Assembly: GCA_025935655.1 (NCBI GenBank) | Contig: JAICUV010000001.1 | Location: forward strand, 1 to 46,741 | Origin: Chloroflexota bacterium | GTDB lineage: Bacteria > Chloroflexota > Limnocylindria > Limnocylindrales > CSP1-4 | Reading direction: 5' to 3' | Length of the DNA stretch: 46,741 nt | Shown here: one piece after another, positions 27,101-33,541 of the stretch | Numbering within the stretch: the stretch's first letter is position 1 | Layout: every line of letters starts with the position of its first letter | Translations under genes and position numbers: made by a program | Notes under the pieces: generated by a model | The model's input: the letters and a program-made list of their open reading frames with translations, nothing else | Database searches by the model: none | Told to the model about the DNA's origin: nothing

Positions 27101-27181
27101 GGCGACCGCGGGCTCGAAGCTGAGCTCGCGGATCCGCCAGGCGTCGACGGGATAGAGCGGTCGGAGGTCCTTGACGGCCAT
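24140..27181 (-). CDS. GH65 disaccharide phosphorylase (maltose/trehalose/kojibiose-phosphorylase family) fused in frame to beta-phosphoglucomutase (HAD)
   Basis: ORF trimmed to the ATG at 27181 (MAVKDLRPLYPVDAWRIRE...). GH65 hallmarks (FSLANGHLGLRGN, GEGYEGHYFWDTEIF, large (alpha/alpha)6 region). C-terminal 230 aa (about 24143-24832) is a beta-PGM: VVFDLDGVITDT, KGVSRMESL, KGKPDPEIF, GIEDARAGIEA. Confidence 0.9.
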   Translation of the reverse strand: MAVKDLRPLYPVDAWRIRELSFEPAVAARNETIFSLANGHLGLRGNVEEESGNVAHGTYVNGFYEETPIAYGETAFGYARNHQVLLNLADGKRIQLLVGDEPLDLATGTVEAYERDLDLRTGVLARTVRWRAPGGSLVEVASRRLVSLSRPSIAAIDFRVTLLDGGAPLRIVSRIQSRVRNQEASDDPRVGAHLPDGALHTIHREASGTWGAVVQRTGNTRLALAAAAEHVLHADDAVRRTLRTSSVADEEGVALTIDAVLPVGGSIGMTKLLAYCTSLDHPEDSLVARARDAIAAVQGAGFEALVEDQRAVLDQFWAVSDVELDGDGALQQGVRFNLFSLFQSAGRDGRTSLAAKGLTGEGYEGHYFWDTEIFALPFFAYTQPDIARSLLRYRCSMLDKARARAAELSQRGALYPWRTIGGEEASAYYPASTAQYHIDADIAYAIRRYVTATGDRSLLLDGGAEVVFETARLWADLGDYIPAQGGAFCINEVTGPDEYTALVNNNGYTNLMAQANLRYAVQLATELPIEAPDAWAALTAAIGLDVTEVGEWQRAADAMRIARDPVLGIHAQDDSFLDRAPWDFAGTPPDHYPLLLHYHPLVIYRHQVLKQSDIVLAQVLLASQFSAAEKKRNFDYYDPITTGDSSLSPCIQSVAAAELGYDGPAYRYFLETARMDLDDVNGNVSHGVHIAAMAGTWVSLVSGFGGLRDDDGRLSFAPRLPEAWTRLAFRLRLGDALLHVTLTRHTTTYVLEAGGPLQLWHFGRAVVVTPGTPAVLEMSPRLEAVVFDLDGVITDTAEHHFRAWQRLADEVSLPFDRELNERLKGVSRMESLQIILDNAGQTASLADKVRLADRKNAYFRELIEQVTPADLLPGIGELLADLRARGIPTAIASMSHNVWDVVERLGIRELVDVIVDPAALVKGKPDPEIFLSAAEQLGVRFEDCVGIEDARAGIEAIRAARMVAVGVGADLGSADWTVTDTRELTVDALTALFEGRVGGRPSGTSHEGAAAAH

Positions 27182-27192
27182 CGGGCGACAGG

Positions 27193-28092
27193 TCAGCCCT
27201 TGACCGAGCCGCCGACGATGCCGCGGACGAAGTAGCGCTGGAGGCCGAGGAACACGATCAGCGGCACCGCCATCGTCACGAAGGCCGCCGCGGCGAGGTA
27301 CTGCCAGCCGCCACCGAGCGAGCTGACGAGGTTCGACACGACGATCGTGAGCGGCGCGTTGTCCGGGTTCTGCGCCCCGAGGTAGATGAGGGCGACCAGG
27401 AGGTCGTTCCACACGAACAGGAACTGGAAGATCGCGAGGGCCGCGATCGCCGGCACCGTCATCGGGAGGGCAAGCCGGAAGAACGCGGTCACCGGGCTCG
27501 CCCCGTCGATCGCGGCCGACTCGAACACCTCGCGCGGCAGCTCGCCCATGAAGTTGCGCAACAGGAAGATCGCGAACGGCAGGCCGTACCCCGTGTGGGC
27601 CAGCCACACCGCGAGGAACGACCCCGCGATGTTGAACCCCTTGGGGCCGTACAGCTGCAGAATCGGGATGAACGTGGACTGCAGCGGGATGACGAGCAGG
27701 CCGACCACGAGGATGAACAGGACGTCACGTCCCGGGAAGCTCATCCACGCGAAGGCGTAGGCGGCGAACGCCGCGACCATGATCGGGATGATCGTGGCCG
27801 GGATCGAGATGAACAGGCTGTTGATGAAGCCCGCCGTGATGCTGTCCTGGGCGAGGACGAAGCGGTAGTTGTCGAGCGTCAGCTGCGACGGGTTGAACAG
27901 GACCGTCCACCAGCCCGACTTGGTCACCTCGTCGGGCGGACGGAGCGAGTTGACCAGCAGCCCGATCGTCGGGATGAGCCAGATGACGATCAGGAAGATG
28001 ATCACGACGTGGATCGGCAGCCGGGCCAGGAACCCCGGGCCACGACGGGTGCGCGTGGCGCTCGCGGTGGCGGTCGCCGGGGCGGTGGTCAT
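27193..28092 (-). CDS. carbohydrate ABC transporter permease (MalG/CUT1 type)
   Basis: ORF trimmed to the ATG at 28092 (AGGAGG upstream; ATGA overlap with the preceding permease). 6 TM. EAA-like loop ESAAIDGASPVTAFFRLALP. Confidence 0.9.
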   Translation of the reverse strand: MTTAPATATASATRTRRGPGFLARLPIHVVIIFLIVIWLIPTIGLLVNSLRPPDEVTKSGWWTVLFNPSQLTLDNYRFVLAQDSITAGFINSLFISIPATIIPIMVAAFAAYAFAWMSFPGRDVLFILVVGLLVIPLQSTFIPILQLYGPKGFNIAGSFLAVWLAHTGYGLPFAIFLLRNFMGELPREVFESAAIDGASPVTAFFRLALPMTVPAIAALAIFQFLFVWNDLLVALIYLGAQNPDNAPLTIVVSNLVSSLGGGWQYLAAAAFVTMAVPLIVFLGLQRYFVRGIVGGSVKG

Positions 28093-29066
28093 CGGAGGGC
28101 CTCCTGGGCGCGGAACCGCCGGATGTTGATCGCCATGACCGGGATGATCGCGAGCAGCAGGATCACCGCGATCGCGCTCGCCCGACCCGGGTGCCCGAAG
28201 TTGTAGAGCTCGTTGATCATCTGGAACGCCACGACCTGGGTGTCGAAGTGGCCGGTCGTCATGACGTACACGATGTCGAACGCCTTGAGCGCGGTGATGA
28301 TCATGGTCGTGGTCACGACGGCGATCGTCGGCGCGAGCAGCGGCAGCGTGATCCGCCGGAAGACCTGGCGCTCGGTGGCGCCGTCGACGCGGGCGGCCTC
28401 GAGCAGCTCCGGGTTGATGCCCTTGAGCGCCGCGGACAGGATGACCATCGCGAAGCCGGTCCACATCCACGCCATGACCACGATCAGCAGGATCGTGTTG
28501 AGCGCGTAGTCCGTGACCTGGAGCCAGGCGACCGGCTCGATCCCGAACACCTCCAGCACCGCGTTGAGCGTGCCCACCTGGGGGTCGGGGGGCGTCACGT
28601 AGAAGTACATGAACGACCAGATGACGCTGGCGGCGACCATGCTGATCGCGAGCGGCACGAAGATCACCGACTTGGCGACGGTCTCGTAGCGCACCCGGTC
28701 GACGAGCAGCGCGATGAACAGCCCGACGCCGACGGTGAACGCGGTCAGGAACACGAGCCAGATGAGGCTGTTCCGGAGCGCGATCAGCGACGAGTCGTTG
28801 GTGAAGAACCAGGTGTAGTTGTCGAGGCCGATGAAGGCCGTCCCCGCCTTGTTCTCGAAGCTCCGGACGATCGTGCCCAGCGTCGGGTAGACGAGGAACA
28901 CGCCGAGGAACGCGAGGGCAGGCGCCAGCCACAGCCACGGCCGGAGCCGGGGCCGGATGCGCTGGCCGAAGGCCCGGAGCAGCTGCTCCGTCAGCCAGAT
29001 GTAGCCGATGAGCACCGCGGGGACACCGACCACCACCACGATGGCGGTCCCAAGGCGTGGGTCCAT
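28089..29066 (-). CDS. carbohydrate ABC transporter permease (MalF/CUT1 type)
   Basis: 325 aa, 6 TM. EAA loop EAARVDGATERQVFRRITLP. GGGAGGGAG lies upstream of the ATG at 29066. Confidence 0.9.
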   Translation of the reverse strand: MDPRLGTAIVVVVGVPAVLIGYIWLTEQLLRAFGQRIRPRLRPWLWLAPALAFLGVFLVYPTLGTIVRSFENKAGTAFIGLDNYTWFFTNDSSLIALRNSLIWLVFLTAFTVGVGLFIALLVDRVRYETVAKSVIFVPLAISMVAASVIWSFMYFYVTPPDPQVGTLNAVLEVFGIEPVAWLQVTDYALNTILLIVVMAWMWTGFAMVILSAALKGINPELLEAARVDGATERQVFRRITLPLLAPTIAVVTTTMIITALKAFDIVYVMTTGHFDTQVVAFQMINELYNFGHPGRASAIAVILLLAIIPVMAINIRRFRAQEALR

Positions 29067-29133
29067 GCTCCCTCCCTCGGATCAGATGGCGGTGGCGGGC
29101 GACCCGGAGGGCCGCCCGCCTGAGGAGGAGCCG

Positions 29134-30552
29134 CTACTGGGCGTACGCGTCGGCCTGGGTCTTGTCGAGATCCGCGAGGATCGCGTCAAGGTCGCCCGGG
29201 TTGCTCACGTACTTCACGATCCCGGACCAGAACGCGTTGTTCATCGCCGTGGGCATGAGGTCCGAGGCGTCGAACACGAACGTCTTGGCGTTCAGCAGCA
29301 GGTCGGCGGACCGCTTGCTGATGTCGTCCGGGTATGAGGTCGCGTTCTTGTTGGCCGACAGCGCGCCGCCGATCTTGACCCAGATGTCCTGGGCCTCCGC
29401 GGTCACGAGGTAGGCCATGAGCGAGCGGGCGGCCGGCGTGTCGTGGAACATGCCGAACAGGTCGCCCGCGCCCTCGACGGAGCCGGCGTAGGCCGGGTTG
29501 ATGTCCGGGAAGGGCACGAAGTCGTAGTCGGTGCCCGCCTTGGCGGTCTTGAAGTCACCGAGGCCGGTGATGAAGCTCGCCTGGTGCAGGAACAGGCAGC
29601 CCGGAGGCGACTTGAACAGCGGGTCGCCCGCGTTGGCGAAGTTGGTGCTGTTGATCGTCTTGGCGCCGCCGTAGCTGTTGGCCACGACCTCGCCGAAGGT
29701 CTGGAACGCCTGCTTGATCGCGGGGTCCGTCCACTTGGTCTTCCCCTGCCACCAGGAGTTGTAGACGTCGGGGCCCGCCTGGCGCAGGACGATGTCCTCG
29801 ATCCAGTCGGTGCCCGGCCAGCCGGACGCGGCACCGGACTCGACGCCCAGGCACCACTCGGCGGCGGCCTTGCTCTTGTTCGCGGTCGCGAGCGCGCTGA
29901 GGTCGTCCCAGGTCGCGGTCGAGCCGGACGTGATGTCGATGGTCTTGGGGCTGTACCAGATCAGGCCCTTGACGGCGGTCTTGATGAACACGCCGACGAG
30001 CTTCCCGTTGACGGTCCCCAGCTGCACCAGCGGCGCGGCCGTCTCGGAGGTGTAGGTCGCGGTGTCGAGGACGCCGCCGAGGTCGACGAGGCTGTCCGCC
30101 CACTCGGTCATCTGGCCGGGTCCGGGCAGGCCCGCGAGGTCGGGCAGGACGCCCGAGGCGACGCCGGTGGTGAGGACGGTGTTGAGGTCACGGGTGCCGG
30201 TGTACTTGACCGTCGCGCCCGTCTTCTCCTCCCACGGCTTGACCATGGCGAGGAAGGCGTCCTGCTCCGTGCCGCCCCACGTGCCGATCACGGTCACGCT
30301 CTGGCCGGTGAGGTCCTCGCCGCCGGCCGAGGCCGCCGGGCTCTGGCCGCCCGGGGCGGCGCTCTGCGCCGGGGTGGATGCGGCGGGCGCGCTGGCCGCC
30401 GGGGACGCATTGCCGGATCCGCAGGCGCCCACGACGAGCGCGATCACCGAGATCGCGATGGCCGCCCGGGCGCCGATGGTGCGTGTCGGTTCGATCACTG
30501 CTTGCGCTCCTCCAGGTACAGGGATGTCGATACGGTGCTTCGGGTTCTCCAT
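29134..30552 (-). CDS. sugar ABC transporter substrate-binding lipoprotein (CUT1 family)
   Basis: ORF trimmed to the ATG at 30552 (GGAGGG upstream). Lipobox LVVGAC followed by a Ser/Ala/Pro linker. Family-1 SBP-like body. Confidence 0.85.
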   Translation of the reverse strand: MENPKHRIDIPVPGGAQAVIEPTRTIGARAAIAISVIALVVGACGSGNASPAASAPAASTPAQSAAPGGQSPAASAGGEDLTGQSVTVIGTWGGTEQDAFLAMVKPWEEKTGATVKYTGTRDLNTVLTTGVASGVLPDLAGLPGPGQMTEWADSLVDLGGVLDTATYTSETAAPLVQLGTVNGKLVGVFIKTAVKGLIWYSPKTIDITSGSTATWDDLSALATANKSKAAAEWCLGVESGAASGWPGTDWIEDIVLRQAGPDVYNSWWQGKTKWTDPAIKQAFQTFGEVVANSYGGAKTINSTNFANAGDPLFKSPPGCLFLHQASFITGLGDFKTAKAGTDYDFVPFPDINPAYAGSVEGAGDLFGMFHDTPAARSLMAYLVTAEAQDIWVKIGGALSANKNATSYPDDISKRSADLLLNAKTFVFDASDLMPTAMNNAFWSGIVKYVSNPGDLDAILADLDKTQADAYAQ

Positions 30553-30566
30553 GGCCCTCCAGTACG

Positions 30567-31595
30567 TCAGGTGCGGGGAGCCGTGGATTCGCGGACGACG
30601 AGCTCCGTGGGGAGCAGCGTCCGTTCCATCCCGGCCCGTCCGGCAAGGCGTTCCACCAGTGCCCGACCGGCGGCGGCCCCGAGGTCGCGGGCCGGCAGGC
30701 GGATCGTCGTGAGCGGTGGGTCGAAGTGGCGTGCGAGCGGGATGTCGTCGAAGCCCACCACGGAGATGTCCCCCGGGACCCGGCGACCGGCCTCGCGCAC
30801 GGCGCGCAGGGCGCCGAAGGCGACGATGTCGCTGGCGACGAAGACGGCCGTCATGTCCGGGGCGCGGCCGAGCAGGTCGGCCATCGCGGTCCAGCCGCTG
30901 GCCGCGTCGAACGCGCCCTCGACCACCAGCTCCGGCGCATACGGCACGGACGCGGCCTCCAGGGCGTCGCGGTAGCCCGCGAGCCGGTCCGCGGCCGCGG
31001 TGTACGCGAGCGGGGCATTGGTGATGCAGGCGATCCGCCGGTGGCCCAGGCCCAGCAGGTGGTCGACCGCGGTCCGCGCGCCGGCCCGGTTGTCGACGTC
31101 CACGCTGGGCACCGCGAGCGACGGCAGCGAGCCCTGGACGATGATCGGGAAGCCGCCGTTGACCAGCGCCGCCAGCTCCTCGTCGTCGCTCCGGGGGCCC
31201 GACACGATGAGGCCGTCCACGCGCTGCGAGGTCACGAGGTCGCTGTAGTGGCGTTCGCCCGGCGACAGCGGCTCGACGAGGACGCGGTACCCGCCGAGGT
31301 GCGCCTCCGAGCCGATGCCCCACAGGGTCTCCGCGAGCAGTGCGTCCACGGACACCTGGTCGGGCGACTGGCGGAGCACCAGGCCGATCGTGTGCGACGC
31401 CCCGCCCGCGAGCGCCTTGGCGGCCCCGTGCGGGTGGTAGCCCAGCTCGCGGGCCGCATCCTCCACCCGCCGTCGGGTCTCCTCGGGGATGCCCGCGTCG
31501 ACCCGCCCGTTGAGCACGAACGAGACGGTGGTCCGGGAGACCCCGGCGCGCGCGGCCACGTCGGCGCTCGTGGCTCGCTGCGGTCGCTGGGTCAC
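30567..31595 (-). CDS. LacI-family transcriptional regulator
   Basis: GTG start with GGAGG 5 nt upstream. N-terminal HTH ATSADVAARAGVSRTTVSFVLNG and a periplasmic-binding-fold effector domain. Its stop lies 14 nt before the SBP start. Confidence 0.9.
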   Translation of the reverse strand: MTQRPQRATSADVAARAGVSRTTVSFVLNGRVDAGIPEETRRRVEDAARELGYHPHGAAKALAGGASHTIGLVLRQSPDQVSVDALLAETLWGIGSEAHLGGYRVLVEPLSPGERHYSDLVTSQRVDGLIVSGPRSDDEELAALVNGGFPIIVQGSLPSLAVPSVDVDNRAGARTAVDHLLGLGHRRIACITNAPLAYTAAADRLAGYRDALEAASVPYAPELVVEGAFDAASGWTAMADLLGRAPDMTAVFVASDIVAFGALRAVREAGRRVPGDISVVGFDDIPLARHFDPPLTTIRLPARDLGAAAGRALVERLAGRAGMERTLLPTELVVRESTAPRT

Positions 31596-31642
31596 GGTCC
31601 CTCCAGCCGGGACACGGTCCCGGGCTCCTCGGGTGCGGCGAC

Positions 31643-31670
31643 TAACTCGCGTTACTAACGCGCATTATCT
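31643..31670. promoter_or_regulatory. candidate LacI operator plus -10 region in an AT-enriched patch of the lacI / kinase divergent spacer
   Basis: Overlapping palindromes TAACTCGCGTTA (31643-31654, 10/12 symmetric, central CG) and CGCGTTA-c-TAACGCG (31648-31662, perfect 7-bp arms). Adjacent attatc (31665-31670) reads GATAAT on the lacI strand. Confidence 0.5.
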
Positions 31671-31789
31671 CCCCCGGCGTCCGGCCGTCAAGCCCGAACC
31701 GGATCCCCGCCGCCACGGCCCCGCAACCCGTGCCCGACGGGCCGCGCGGGCGGCACGCCCGGCGGACCCAGTGGATACTTGGGCCTCCG

Positions 31790-33541
31790 ATGGACGCACC
31801 CGACCCCACCGTCACCCCCCATCGCGGCGTGCTCGCCCAGCCCGGCCGACCACTGCGCTTCGCGGCGCTGCTGATCGGCATCTTCGCGCTCGCCGCCACG
31901 GCGCTCGCGTGGTCCAGCTACCAGAGCCAGGTCGGACGCGTGGTGGACGAGGCGGCGCTGCGCGCGCGGGGCGCGGCCGCGGACGTGGACCGCTACGTCC
32001 AGGCGAAGTGGAGCACGCTCAACGCCGTCGCCGCGCTGCCCGCGTTCGCCACCGGCGACCCGGCCCGGATCCGGGCGGCGGTCGAGGACCTGACGACCCG
32101 GAACCTCGGGTTCGACGCCGGCTACTCGTGGATCGACACCCACGGCATGATGCAGGCGCGCAGCGGCGGCTACACCGGCCCGCCCATCGACTTCACGGAC
32201 CGCCTCCACGTCCGGACGGCGCTCCACACCGGCAAGCCCACGGTGAGCGCGGTGCTCATCGGCGCCGTGAACCAGGTCCCGATCGTGGCCTTCGTCGTGC
32301 CCACGTACGACGACGCCGGGAAGGTGAACGGGCTGATCGGCAGCGGGATGCGCCTCGGCGCGCTGAGCATGGGCGCCGACACCCTGCGCTACGCGGGCGG
32401 CACCGGGGTCGTGGTCGTGGACAACCTGGGCCAGATCATCGCGGGACCCAGCCCCGTCGACACGCTCCAACGGGTGGCCGACGGCTTCCCGCTGGCCGCG
32501 ATGCAGGCGGACGCCGACGGGGGCACGGCCCGCGAGATCACGGGCCCCTACGGCCAGCCCAACCAGCTCGTCGGGTACGCCCTCGCCCCCAGCGCGGGCT
32601 GGCTCGTCCTCGTCCAGCGGTCGGCGGACGAGGCGTTCCTCCCCGCGTCGTCCGCGTTCGCGCTCGAGGTCGTCCTCATCGTCGGCGGCTCGCTGCTCGC
32701 GATCGTGGTCCTGCTCTGGGCGTCGTGGCGGCTCGACGCCGCCGTCGCCGAGCAGACCCGCGTCTACGCGAAGGAGCGGGCGACGCGCCAGGAGCTGGAG
32801 ACCGCGATCGCGACCCTCGAGGAGCGCCAGGTCCTGCGCGACGCGTTCGTCGGCGTGATGTCCCACGAGCTGCGCACGCCCGTGACCACGATCTACGGCG
32901 CGGCGAAGCTGCTCGCGAAGTGGCCCCGGCGCCCGGAGCTCGAGACGCTCGTCGAGGACATCGAGGAGGAGTCTGACCGGCTCCACCGGATCACGGAGGA
33001 CCTGCTCGTCCTGTCGCGCGCGGAGCACGGCCTCGTGGAGCTCCAGGCGGAGCCCGTCCTCGTCCAGCGACTGGTCCCGGCCGTGATCGCGGAGGTGCGC
33101 CGCCGGCACCCGTCCCTCGAGGTGGACCTCGACCTCGCCCCGGCGCTGCCCCCGATCGCCGGCGACGAGGCCGCGCTGCGGCAGGTGCTCGTCAACCTGC
33201 TCACCAACGCCGCGAAGTACGGCGAGGGGTCGCCCGTCCGGATCAGCGCCCGCGCCGACGAGCCCGACGGCGACGTCCTCGTGCGGGTGGAGGACCAGGG
33301 ACCGGGCCTGCCGGCCGAGGACCTCGAGCCGATCTTCGACCTGTTCTTCCGCTCGACCAGCAACGCGCGGCGGGCATCGGGCACGGGGATCGGGCTCTAC
33401 GTCGTGCGCCAGCTCGTGGGGGCGATGGGCGGCGCCGTGCACGCGTATCCCGTGGAGCCGCACGGCCTGGGCTTCCTGGTGACGCTGCGGGCCGAGGGAT
33501 TCGGCGACCTCGACCTGGCCGACGAGTCCCCGAGCGCCTAG
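31790..33541 (+). CDS. sensor histidine kinase with large extracytoplasmic Cache-like domain (no cognate response regulator in the window)
   Basis: Two TM helices flank about 240 periplasmic residues. H-box MSHELRTPVTTIYG, N-box LLTNAAKY, G1 VEDQGPGL, G2 GTGIGLYVV. Start taken as the ATG at 31790; the upstream part of the ORF from 31730 is Arg-rich. Confidence 0.85.
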   Translation: MDAPDPTVTPHRGVLAQPGRPLRFAALLIGIFALAATALAWSSYQSQVGRVVDEAALRARGAAADVDRYVQAKWSTLNAVAALPAFATGDPARIRAAVEDLTTRNLGFDAGYSWIDTHGMMQARSGGYTGPPIDFTDRLHVRTALHTGKPTVSAVLIGAVNQVPIVAFVVPTYDDAGKVNGLIGSGMRLGALSMGADTLRYAGGTGVVVVDNLGQIIAGPSPVDTLQRVADGFPLAAMQADADGGTAREITGPYGQPNQLVGYALAPSAGWLVLVQRSADEAFLPASSAFALEVVLIVGGSLLAIVVLLWASWRLDAAVAEQTRVYAKERATRQELETAIATLEERQVLRDAFVGVMSHELRTPVTTIYGAAKLLAKWPRRPELETLVEDIEEESDRLHRITEDLLVLSRAEHGLVELQAEPVLVQRLVPAVIAEVRRRHPSLEVDLDLAPALPPIAGDEAALRQVLVNLLTNAAKYGEGSPVRISARADEPDGDVLVRVEDQGPGLPAEDLEPIFDLFFRSTSNARRASGTGIGLYVVRQLVGAMGGAVHAYPVEPHGLGFLVTLRAEGFGDLDLADESPSA

